Below, piece by piece: positions 48,101 through 56,665 of a stretch of DNA of 64,000 bases. The translations under genes and the position numbers were made by a program. Position 1 is the first letter of the stretch. Every line of letters starts with the position of its first letter. The stretch is from Thermoplasmatota archaeon (GTDB lineage: Archaea; Thermoplasmatota; Poseidoniia; Poseidoniales; Thalassarchaeaceae): assembly GCA_036154155.1 (NCBI GenBank), contig JAYZLP010000023.1, forward strand, positions 3,056 through 67,055. Reading direction: 5' to 3'. The notes below the pieces were generated by a model. The model was not told the origin of the DNA. It did not search any database and saw only the letters and a list, made by a program, of their open reading frames with translations.

Positions 48101-48933
48101 GATAGCTCCTCCAATGCCTTTTCCAACTCCTCGTCATTGGGAGCTTTCCCATGGAATGATGGATTATCCTCCATGAATGAAACGCCCTTGCCCTTTACAG
48201 TGTGAGCAACAATAGCTGATGGCCCGGTGTGCGTATTGGATGCCCACTCCAAGGCCTGGACAATTTCCCCCATATCATGGCCATCAATTTCCCTGACATT
48301 CCATCCGAAGGCCTCAATCTTTGACGCTACATCGCCGACTTCCATCTGTACATTTACAAAGTCATCATTCTGGATCCTATTCCTGTCCACAATCAGCTTC
48401 AATCCTGATACACCATGGAAGTCGGCTGCCATCATAGCCTCCCATATCTGCCCCTCCTGTATCTCACCATCGCCTACCATGACCCACGTCTCTCTATTGC
48501 TAGAGTCCATCCTAGCAGCCAACGCGCATCCAAGGCCGAATGACAGACCCATGCCTAAGCTTCCAGCGGAGAAATCTACACCATCCGTCCACTTCATGTC
48601 TACATGCCCTTGACAAACAGAGCCAAGTGTCCTGAAGGTAGACAGGTCATTCTCGTTCAGAAATCCCATTTCGTGCAGTATGGAGTAAACGGCAGGACTT
48701 GCGTGTCCCTTGCTCATTACGAAACGGTCCCTATCTTCCCAATCCGGTTCGCTGGTCTTGAACCTTAGTCGTGTACCGTACAGTGCAGCAATAATGTCAA
48801 TCGCCGAGAGCGATCCCCCTGGATGCCCCGCACCGGCATTATGAATCATTTTGACTATGTGCTTCCTGCAGTCGTTTGACAGTTCTTCCAGCTCGGGGAT
48901 TGACAGGTTCCGGCGCCCGGCATCCCCTCCCAT
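48097..48933 (-). CDS. transketolase, N-terminal (TPP-binding) subunit
   Basis: GHPGGSLS, RDRFVMSKGH, GSLGMGLS, GDGE.QEGQ.WEA and T.KGKG motifs. Confidence 0.94.
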   Translation of the reverse strand: MGGDAGRRNLSIPELEELSNDCRKHIVKMIHNAGAGHPGGSLSAIDIIAALYGTRLRFKTSEPDWEDRDRFVMSKGHASPAVYSILHEMGFLNENDLSTFRTLGSVCQGHVDMKWTDGVDFSAGSLGMGLSFGLGCALAARMDSSNRETWVMVGDGEIQEGQIWEAMMAADFHGVSGLKLIVDRNRIQNDDFVNVQMEVGDVASKIEAFGWNVREIDGHDMGEIVQALEWASNTHTGPSAIVAHTVKGKGVSFMEDNPSFHGKAPNDEELEKALEELS

Positions 48934-49027
48934 GATACTCCTACTGAATCTAACTAATGATGATTTCCGGACACGGAACACTCCTTGTCAGACAATTCTT
49001 ATCACATGCCTCTAGGTGTCAATACAC

Positions 49028-50239
49028 ATGGTGGCGGAGGTCATGCCGCTATCTGGAAATCTAGAATGGCGCGAAAGGCTTTCCATGATGCCGGTCCCAC
49101 TGGCTGTATCTTCCGACCCTTTGACCATGTCTTGCCTAAATTCCCTAATCGAGGAAGGAAGAGTTTCTCGTAACCAGGGGATCAAGTTATTCGAGAATCC
49201 GTCTCTTTCCTCCGTCACATCACTCGCAAACATGGTAAAGAAGTCCAGATACGGGGATAACGTATTTTTCAATGAGAATCTACATGTTAACACTACCAAT
49301 ATCTGTGTCTTAGCATGCCGTTTTTGCGCATTCAGGAAGGGACCTAGGCATCCCGATGCTTACGAATTGGACAAAGACGAATACCTGGGTAGGATAAGGC
49401 CATTTTCAGGCTCCATTGATGAAGTTCACACAGTAGGTGGCCTCCATCCAAATTGGGATGTCGAGGACTATTGCAGGCTGTTTTCTGCTACCAAATTAGA
49501 ATTCCCGCACATCCATATCAAGGCTCTAACAGCCGTTGAGATCAAACACCTCTCTCAACGATCCTCATTGCCCGTCAAGGAGACGCTCTCATTGCTCTCC
49601 GAAGCAGGGTTGGACTCGCTCCCCGGTGGCGGTGCTGAGATACTAGTTGACCACGTTAGAGACAGGATATGCATGGGCAAGGAGTCCTCCCGGGAATATC
49701 TCGATATCCATTCAATAGCCCATGGTATAGGCATGCCAACAAATTGCACAATGTTATTTGGCACAGTCGAAACAATCGAAGACAGGGTCGAGCACCTCAT
49801 ACGACTGAGGGAGCAGCAGGATATCAGTGAGGGATTCCAGTGCTTCGTCCCATACCCTTTCCTCCCTGACAAAACGAGGCTGCCGGAGGCTCAACTAGCG
49901 ACTGGTAGCGAGATCATTAGGGTAATTTCCCTATCTAGGATAATGTTGGACAACATTCCCCACATTAAGGCATACAGGATGAATATAGGAGACAAGCTAT
50001 CGTCATTGGCACTCACGTGCGGTGCGGACGATATTGATGGAACGGTCGGCCACGAAGAAATTATGCACGTTGCTGGAAGCTCTACTAGGCTTGACACGAG
50101 CTCTGACCAGCTAGCAGCATTGGTATCTTCTACTGGCTCGATTCCTGTTAAAAGAAACTCTAACTACTCCACATTCGAGCTCTATACGACTAATAATCCC
50201 TCATTCTCGAGAGTTCTGCCTCAGATAGCCATAAATTAG
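49028..50239 (+). CDS. mqnE: aminofutalosine synthase MqnE (radical SAM)
   Basis: CVLACRFC CxxxCxxC, KALTAVEI, SLPGGGAEI, PHIKAY and GADDIDGTV..EEI.H.AG motifs (MqnE-like rather than MqnC-like); next to mqnA and mqnD. Confidence 0.82.
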   Translation: MVAEVMPLSGNLEWRERLSMMPVPLAVSSDPLTMSCLNSLIEEGRVSRNQGIKLFENPSLSSVTSLANMVKKSRYGDNVFFNENLHVNTTNICVLACRFCAFRKGPRHPDAYELDKDEYLGRIRPFSGSIDEVHTVGGLHPNWDVEDYCRLFSATKLEFPHIHIKALTAVEIKHLSQRSSLPVKETLSLLSEAGLDSLPGGGAEILVDHVRDRICMGKESSREYLDIHSIAHGIGMPTNCTMLFGTVETIEDRVEHLIRLREQQDISEGFQCFVPYPFLPDKTRLPEAQLATGSEIIRVISLSRIMLDNIPHIKAYRMNIGDKLSSLALTCGADDIDGTVGHEEIMHVAGSSTRLDTSSDQLAALVSSTGSIPVKRNSNYSTFELYTTNNPSFSRVLPQIAIN

Positions 50240-50244
50240 GTCAG

Positions 50245-51054
50245 GTGCAAATTATGAGTTGGATGGATGTGATAGGCAGGGTCTCATTCGCGAATTGTGA
50301 TCCAATTTTCGATGGATTGGATGAGAAGTGGTCTGTTCTCTCGGCTCCACCCGCTTGGCTAACCGGGCATGTTCTCAGAAAGGACTGCCTGACGGCACCC
50401 ATACCAGCTGCTGACTACGCGTTGCACCATGACGAGCTTTTCCTCCTCCCTGACCTGGGGATTGTTAGTAGCGGGGATGTAGGATCCGTTCTTCTGTTCG
50501 GGTCAAGGCCTCTGGAAAGCATGAGGGATATCGCACTACCTTCCGACTCCTCCACATCCAAGGTACTACTCAGATGGGCACTCGGTAATAGAGGCCTAGA
50601 TCCAAAATTCGTCGATTCTGGTCCAGATATAGATACAATGCTGGCAAAATGCGATGGGGCCTTGCTTATCGGTGACCGTTCACTTTTGGCTTCAAGGGAG
50701 TACCCCGATTTAGTACAATTGGATCTTGGGCGTGAATGGAACGAATCCACTGGTCTGCCAATGGTCTTCGGCGTGTTTGCAGCTAGACGCGACACGCCGA
50801 TAAATCACTTGATGGGGGCATACGATGATATGATTTCTCAGCTGGAGAAATTCGAGACTGATGATTCATGGAGGGCTAGTGTTGTTTCCAGGACATCTGA
50901 GAAATTAGGATTCCCTTACTCTAGAATGGACGACTATTTTCGGCGCGAGGTAAGGAATAGGATGAATGACAGGGATGTCGAAGGATTGACGACCTTCCTG
51001 GAAATTGCCTGCGGATTGGAAGATGTTCCGCATTGGGCCTTTCATTCGGAATAG
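50245..51054 (+). CDS. mqnA: chorismate dehydratase MqnA
   Basis: GRVSFANC.P, GDVGSVLL, S.TS..L, ALLIGD and DLGREW...TGLPMVFG motifs. Confidence 0.88.
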   Translation: MQIMSWMDVIGRVSFANCDPIFDGLDEKWSVLSAPPAWLTGHVLRKDCLTAPIPAADYALHHDELFLLPDLGIVSSGDVGSVLLFGSRPLESMRDIALPSDSSTSKVLLRWALGNRGLDPKFVDSGPDIDTMLAKCDGALLIGDRSLLASREYPDLVQLDLGREWNESTGLPMVFGVFAARRDTPINHLMGAYDDMISQLEKFETDDSWRASVVSRTSEKLGFPYSRMDDYFRREVRNRMNDRDVEGLTTFLEIACGLEDVPHWAFHSE

Positions 51055-51521
51055 TTGAGCCTCTTGCTGGCAACCCATTCTAGGAGGTCTAATGCGACCT
51101 CGCAAGATTCCGCTACAACGATGTCCCTATCGTCCTTGAACTCTTCAAGGACACCCAGTGCCTTCCTATCTCCTATCGCACCCAATGCTTCTGCAGCCTC
51201 GTGCCTAACCATGACATCCTCTTCCATGTCTCGCAGCCTCTCAATTAGGTGTGGAACTGCATGAGAATCTTGCATTTGCCCCATCACATATGCAATTTCA
51301 TGCTTCAGTAGTGCTGAATCTGATGTGAATGCCGCAGCAAGGGCCTCTACGGAGTCCTTGCCACCAATATTCCTCAACGCGAATAGTGCCCTCATCCTCT
51401 GAAACATCCTCTCTTTCTCGTCGCAAATCGTCTTCCTAAGGCTAGGAACATCAGAATCGCTGCTAGGAGGAGCAGGATCTACTGAGTCGAACTCACTCAT
51501 CTCCGGCTTTTCACCATTCAT
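51042..51521 (-). CDS. half-size deoxyhypusine hydroxylase (DOHH)-like HEAT-repeat protein
   Basis: SVDPAPP, RMRALFALRNIGG, SALLKHEIAYVMGQMQD, MVRHEAAEALGAIG and VVAESCEVALD match one DOHH dyad half as I recall it; two His-Glu motifs. Confidence 0.85.
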   Translation of the reverse strand: MNGEKPEMSEFDSVDPAPPSSDSDVPSLRKTICDEKERMFQRMRALFALRNIGGKDSVEALAAAFTSDSALLKHEIAYVMGQMQDSHAVPHLIERLRDMEEDVMVRHEAAEALGAIGDRKALGVLEEFKDDRDIVVAESCEVALDLLEWVASKRLNYSE

Positions 51522-52382
51522 TTACTCACCCGATCCAATGAATATTATTGAGTCCACATCTAGTGTTTCCCTAACCATTCCGATTCTTTGCCCCTCCTTC
51601 AGAAATAGGCGTATTGCATCCCTGCCGTCCTCTCCGTAGTCTAGAGTCCTTTCGTTGACATACATCCCAACAAATTCCCTATTCGTGTCATCGTCTATCC
51701 CCCTGCCCCACGCTTTTGCGAATTCAAGGGCTGCGGTCGGGTTAGCTAACGAATGCTCGATGCTATTCCTGACATCAGCAGTAAGTTGTTCGCACAACTC
51801 AACACCAAGGTCCTTCCTCACGACATTTCCGCCCAGGGGTAGCGGTAGACCTGTGTGCTCATTCCACCACACCCCTAGATCCAAAACCAACTTTACCCCT
51901 TCTGACTCCCATGTCAACTGACCTTCATGAATTATCAATCCCAAATCGTACTTTCCCTCGGATACTCCTGGGAGAATTTCATCGAATGGTACCACCTCTA
52001 TGTCGACATCTCCCCATGCCAGCCTCAATGCCAGATATGCGCTCGTCCCCAGTCCGGGTATTGCAATCTTCGTTCTCCTAGCCTCTTCAATGGACATGTC
52101 TCTGTTAGAAATTAGCATAGGGCCATAACCCTCTCCCATAGAAGCGCCACAGTTCATCAGATGGTACTTATCGGAAATCTCCGGGAATGAATGGATGCTT
52201 ACTGCTGAAACTTCATACTCACCAAGGAGGGCGTGTTTGTTCAGGGTCTCAATATCAAGAAGTACATGTTCATACTCTCTGTCACCAGTATCGATAGCCC
52301 CTGTTGTCATCGCATGAAACATGAATGCATCATCGGGATCTGGGGAATGGCCAACTCGGTACGCCCCCGCCTTACTACTCAT
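51522..52382 (-). CDS. mqnD: 1,4-dihydroxy-6-naphthoate synthase MqnD
   Basis: GHSPDPDDAFMF, DIETLN, GYGP, IIHEGQLT, DLG.WW...TGLPLPLG and MYVNE motifs. Confidence 0.93.
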   Translation of the reverse strand: MSSKAGAYRVGHSPDPDDAFMFHAMTTGAIDTGDREYEHVLLDIETLNKHALLGEYEVSAVSIHSFPEISDKYHLMNCGASMGEGYGPMLISNRDMSIEEARRTKIAIPGLGTSAYLALRLAWGDVDIEVVPFDEILPGVSEGKYDLGLIIHEGQLTWESEGVKLVLDLGVWWNEHTGLPLPLGGNVVRKDLGVELCEQLTADVRNSIEHSLANPTAALEFAKAWGRGIDDDTNREFVGMYVNERTLDYGEDGRDAIRLFLKEGQRIGMVRETLDVDSIIFIGSGE

Positions 52383-52470
52383 GTGCCTTCGGTATGGGAC
52401 GCATAGAAAATTCCTTTCCTGCTGAATTGTGTATGGCAACAGTGAATAGCCATCGCTCGGTCCCAGATTT

Positions 52471-52668
52471 GTGCCTGACCCGACCAAACTATCAACCGCT
52501 ACTGGTCAACTCGGGCCTATATGCGCAGTTACAGGGAAGGCACTGACGTTCTCGGAGGCGATCGTCGTCGATGACAGATTCGTTTGCTACGAGGCATACC
52601 TCGAATTAACGGGCAACGAGCCAGCTACGGACTCAAAGGAAGTACCTACCAGCCTAGTACTGGATTAG
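52471..52668 (+). CDS. small hypothetical protein (possible degenerate metal-binding treble-clef)
   Basis: 65 aa, ICAVTGK...FVCYEAY; GTG start; fills the gap upstream of priS. Confidence 0.6.
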   Translation: MPDPTKLSTATGQLGPICAVTGKALTFSEAIVVDDRFVCYEAYLELTGNEPATDSKEVPTSLVLD

Positions 52669-52706
52669 ATGCACATGTTCATGTGCTAGCCTCCATTCAA
52701 TACCTC

Positions 52707-53885
52707 ATGGCATCCGGATGGAGTAGGTTCGCTCTGAGATTTAGCGAATACTACCAGTCACTGTCAGTTTCAGACATCTGGGCCCCGCCGAGGCTGAGAT
52801 CCAGAGAGTGGATGTTCATCCCATGGGGCAGTAAACCGCCAGATAGGCACAGGGCACTGCCGACAAAGGGAGACCTGTTATCGTACCTCCAAACTAGAGG
52901 CCCCCACTCATGCTTTCACAGTACCGCATATTACGAGGACCCGGGCCAAAGGAAAATGTCTGAGAAGGGTTGGCTAGGTGCGGATTTAATCTTCGACTTG
53001 GACGGTGATCACCTCCCGGGTGTTTCCGATAATGACTTTCCGGGAATGATGGAAAAAATTCAGGAGCAGGCCTGGAGCCTCTGGAACGACTTTCTACATC
53101 CTGAATTCGGTTTCAAGGAGGAGTATGTTCAGACCACCTTCTCTGGTCACAGGGGATTCCATATTCATGTTCGTGATCCAGCATATCTGCATCTTGATTC
53201 GAATGCCAGGAGGGAGCTTGTGAATTACATCACTGGGGTGGGAATTGATGTAAAATCGGTAATGGCTGGACCTGACATTGGTTGGTCCGACAGAATTGAC
53301 TTAGGATTCGATGGGGTGATAGATTCACTATCTTCAATCTCGTCTTCCTCAGAAAACTCAAAACAACTAGTTAGTGAACTCCACTCCAGTCTCAAATCAA
53401 GAAACTTTACCTGTTCCGAGGAACTAATCAGGAGACTGGCAGACGAGTCTTCAAAGGGCGATAGAATAGCACGACTTCGTCACGATAGGAGTAGGACAGT
53501 ATTCACGACCCCCAAGCTCAATGAGACATTCTGGGAGCTAGTCAAAGGCGCCCCACTGGCCGTTGGGGAGACTGACGAGAACGTGACAGTCGATGTCAAG
53601 AGGGTAATTAGGTGGGTTGGCAGCCTCCATGGGAAATCTGGATTGAGGGTTACCGAATTCCCGCTCGAAAGATTGGAACCAGATACGTCAATTTCCTTCG
53701 ATGCACTGTCCAGCACACACGTTTTCAGCACACAGTCATCCATCAAGGTCGAGCTCGTGTCCGACGATGTAACCGCTAGAATCGCTAATCAGGACGTTTC
53801 CGGATCGACTGGAGACGTTTTCGATGTACATGAGGCCATGGCCACATTTTTGTCCCTCAAAGGGTGGGCAAGGACTGTAGAATGA
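52707..53885 (+). CDS. priS: DNA primase small (catalytic) subunit
   Basis: REW, HSTAYY..P, GADLIFDLDGDH, FSGHRGFHIH and DENVT.D.KR.IR..GSLHGK motifs. Confidence 0.95.
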   Translation: MASGWSRFALRFSEYYQSLSVSDIWAPPRLRSREWMFIPWGSKPPDRHRALPTKGDLLSYLQTRGPHSCFHSTAYYEDPGQRKMSEKGWLGADLIFDLDGDHLPGVSDNDFPGMMEKIQEQAWSLWNDFLHPEFGFKEEYVQTTFSGHRGFHIHVRDPAYLHLDSNARRELVNYITGVGIDVKSVMAGPDIGWSDRIDLGFDGVIDSLSSISSSSENSKQLVSELHSSLKSRNFTCSEELIRRLADESSKGDRIARLRHDRSRTVFTTPKLNETFWELVKGAPLAVGETDENVTVDVKRVIRWVGSLHGKSGLRVTEFPLERLEPDTSISFDALSSTHVFSTQSSIKVELVSDDVTARIANQDVSGSTGDVFDVHEAMATFLSLKGWARTVE

Positions 53886-53954
53886 CCACAACACACTAAC
53901 CTATCCACAGAATATTGAATAGTGTAGAGTTTCGGATTCGTTACAGTGGGGCAT

Positions 53955-54683
53955 ATGCCAGACGACGAAGAAACCGAAGGTGGGCCTTCAGGGATGCCGC
54001 TTCCGCCGCTTCCCCCAGGCATTGCGATGCCTCCTCCGCCACCCCCCCCTCCACTCCCAGACGAGTCCATAGAGAGTGCAATTGACGAGAATCCGCCCCT
54101 GCCTACATTGCCGAGTCAAGAAGAAGAGTCGGAATCCAATGATTTCCAAGCGCACTGGGAGAAAAGAAAGCTTGAGGAGTCGACCGAGTCATCCGGCAAT
54201 AGGGATAGCATGTACGGCCATATTGATAGGATATCTTCAGGGCAGGTCGGAACTTTGTTAGATAGATTTTCGGATAGATTCGGCTCCGAATTGGATAGGG
54301 AAATTATCGTTCTTAGGAAGAAGCAGCAACAGGATATGCTGGCAATCAAGCCCATTGTAGAGCTCATCTCCGCACCAGAATCTGATGATGACGCGATTGA
54401 AGAGAGCGAGGATGATGAGTTCCCAGAATTTTTCTCTATAGTCAATGAACTGTTAGGAAATATGCCCGAGGAATTCGTTCAGGAGTTCATAGAGTCGGAA
54501 TCATTCGAGCTTTTCCAGAATGTGGGTGAAGACCCATCAGGTTGCGATCATGACACCAGGAGCGAGTTTTTCACCATGATTAATTCAGTTCTAGGAGACC
54601 TTCCCGAGAGCGAAATTAATGACTTCGTTGCTTCACCTGGGTTCCAAGTCTTTCAACGAATGAGTGAGTTATACGGAGAGTGA
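53955..54683 (+). CDS. acidic hypothetical protein with polyproline tract and tandem C-terminal repeat
   Basis: PLPPLPP...PPPPPPPPLP near the N-terminus and two ~40-aa helical repeats at the C-terminus. Confidence 0.75.
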   Translation: MPDDEETEGGPSGMPLPPLPPGIAMPPPPPPPPLPDESIESAIDENPPLPTLPSQEEESESNDFQAHWEKRKLEESTESSGNRDSMYGHIDRISSGQVGTLLDRFSDRFGSELDREIIVLRKKQQQDMLAIKPIVELISAPESDDDAIEESEDDEFPEFFSIVNELLGNMPEEFVQEFIESESFELFQNVGEDPSGCDHDTRSEFFTMINSVLGDLPESEINDFVASPGFQVFQRMSELYGE

Positions 54684-55491
54684 TGATTTGGGTCTATTGG
54701 AGAAGGCAGGAAAGATTGCGGATGATAATACTGGCGATGAGGAAGCACCTGCTGCAGTTCCCGCAACTGTAGTTTCGGACCCTGAACCAGTTGCAGTAAA
54801 GCCGAAGAAGGAAAAGAAGGCTAAGAAGCCTAAGAAGCAGAAGAAGCCGAGGGCAAAGAAGCAGAAGAAGCCCCGATCCTCGGTAAAAGAGCTACCGGAT
54901 GGCTTCGAGCTTGCAGGACGTGGGAGGAGTTCACTGAGGTTCATAGTAGACTTCACAGTCAACTTCGGCCTAATCATAGGACTAGTTGTATTTGGACTGG
55001 TCTTGACATATACCGACATTACATGGCCGTTGGTCTTGGTCCTTCTTCTTTCGATATTCAATATGGCGGTAATGCCCATCCAATACAAGAGTTCGATGGG
55101 CAATGTCATCTCTCGAACAAAGTTCATCAACTCACGCGGCGATTCCGCGATCTTCCTCTATCATATGTTGAAGAACATCAACATTCCAGCCTACCTGATT
55201 TTCTTCGGGGGACTTCTAATTGCTATATCTGCAGGCACTGTATGGACAACAGCAACAAAAATCACCGTTGGGCTATCAATCTCTATTATCCTAATTCCAT
55301 TCCTGGATTGGATATTCCGCAGGACGAGGAAGGATAACCTAGGTTTGTGGGAGGTGGCCTTTGGAGGAGTGTGGCTAGTCAGATCGACTGAAACAACCAG
55401 TGACGGCTCTAAGTTCATGAAGCGGCTGGAGTCAATGGCTCAGTATGCAGAGACCAAGGGTTTCGTTGATGACGAGGACGATGAGTCCTAG
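54664..55491 (+). CDS. membrane protein with Lys-rich N-terminal low-complexity region (RDD-like topology)
   Basis: KPKKEKKAKKPKKQKKPRAKKQKKPR followed by 4 TM helices; the R..RF.VD segment resembles the RDD family. Confidence 0.7.
   Translation: MSYTESDDLGLLEKAGKIADDNTGDEEAPAAVPATVVSDPEPVAVKPKKEKKAKKPKKQKKPRAKKQKKPRSSVKELPDGFELAGRGRSSLRFIVDFTVNFGLIIGLVVFGLVLTYTDITWPLVLVLLLSIFNMAVMPIQYKSSMGNVISRTKFINSRGDSAIFLYHMLKNINIPAYLIFFGGLLIAISAGTVWTTATKITVGLSISIILIPFLDWIFRRTRKDNLGLWEVAFGGVWLVRSTETTSDGSKFMKRLESMAQYAETKGFVDDEDDES
54797..54876 (+). repeat. imperfect AAGAAG-based low-complexity repeat encoding a KKx tract
   Basis: aagccgaagaaggaaaagaaggctaagaagcctaagaagcagaagaagccgagggcaaagaagcagaagaagccc. 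Confidence 0.6.
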
Positions 55492-55492
55492 A

Positions 55493-56548
55493 TCACTCGC
55501 TCTCCTCAATACGCTGTTTGGCTAGCTCACGCATATCTTCGTGATGTACGCCAACGTCAATTCCAGCCTGGTCTGACTCATCGACTATCTCTACGCCTAG
55601 TAGCGTCTCAATCACATCCTCCATAGTCACGAGTCCCTCTGTACCTCCGAATTCGTCCTTAACAATCAAGATCTGGGTTTTGTTCTCCAGCAGTACATCC
55701 AATGCTCGATCCACGGAATCATCGTCACGACATGTAATCACTTCTCTGGAAATTTCTGACATCTTCTTGCCATATTCATCAACAGCTGCTCTGCGTAGTA
55801 TCTCACTCCTCAGAACAACTCCCCTCACATCATCAATGGTGTCTCCAGTCACAGGCATCCTCCCATGTATCATGATGGGTATATTCGCCATTACATCGGA
55901 TACGGTATCATCTACATTCACCGATGTAACTACGACACGTGGAGTCATCACCTCACTGATTTTTATTTCTCTCAATCTCAGTAGGTTATGTATGACAGTC
56001 TCCTCATCTTGTTCAATTACATGGGTTTCTTCGGCAATATCCGCTAATACAGACAGCTCATTCCTAGTAACGGTCTCAGTCTCTACCTCTGGCAATAGTG
56101 ACCTAGTCAATTGAATCGGCTTAACTATCACCCACAGCAACACCATCATTGAATTCAATGCCCTAGCTGACGGTATCGTCAACTTCCTCCAGTATAGTGC
56201 GCCAATCGTCTTAGGTAGAATTTCACTCAGCAGCAGTATAGCTAGTGTTAGAACGGCCGCGGCTACATGCACGATCGTCCCTCCGCCAAATTGTGTCTGT
56301 ACCTCCGCTCCTACACCTAATGCGCCAACAGTGTGTGCTATCGTGTTGAGGGTCAGTATGGCAGTCAATGGCCTCTCAGGATCATCCTTCCATTCACTCC
56401 ACCTTTCACTAATGGATGGGTGAGTGTCCTTTAGGGCAGCAATGTGCCCGTGCGTTGTTGAGAGGAGCACAGCCTCAAGTATGCTGCATAGGAATGAAGC
56501 TCCCAGTGCCAGGGATGCATACGCAATGATCAGTGTATAGTCAACCAA
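55493..56548 (-). CDS. CNNM/CorB (DUF21 + CBS pair) Mg2+ transport protein
   Basis: SFLCSILEAVLLS, AILTLNT, SEILPK, VMTPR and DEFGG..GLVT.ED.IE...G.EI.DE motifs. Confidence 0.92.
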   Translation of the reverse strand: MVDYTLIIAYASLALGASFLCSILEAVLLSTTHGHIAALKDTHPSISERWSEWKDDPERPLTAILTLNTIAHTVGALGVGAEVQTQFGGGTIVHVAAAVLTLAILLLSEILPKTIGALYWRKLTIPSARALNSMMVLLWVIVKPIQLTRSLLPEVETETVTRNELSVLADIAEETHVIEQDEETVIHNLLRLREIKISEVMTPRVVVTSVNVDDTVSDVMANIPIMIHGRMPVTGDTIDDVRGVVLRSEILRRAAVDEYGKKMSEISREVITCRDDDSVDRALDVLLENKTQILIVKDEFGGTEGLVTMEDVIETLLGVEIVDESDQAGIDVGVHHEDMRELAKQRIEESE

Positions 56549-56665
56549 CTAGATTTCCTCACGGTATTTTGGGCGCGAATAGCACGTCACTATGAGTCAC
56601 GATTGGCTGCTCCCGGACCCCTTACGACCGATTGCGACATAAATAGGTGTCTAACCCCTAGAGTC

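Noticed and set aside
49028..50239. CofH (F420 synthesis) or MqnC assignment for the radical SAM protein
   Set aside because: The HIKAY and DDIDGTV..EEI.H.AG motifs and the adjacency to mqnA/mqnD fit MqnE better.
51042..51521. Generic HEAT/PBS-lyase repeat protein or a DOHH pseudogene fragment
   Set aside because: It carries DOHH-specific SVDPAPP, KHE, RHE and ESCEVALD motifs, has an intact frame with a coupled start and RBS, and the adjacent DNA is mqnD coding sequence, so there is no room for a lost half.
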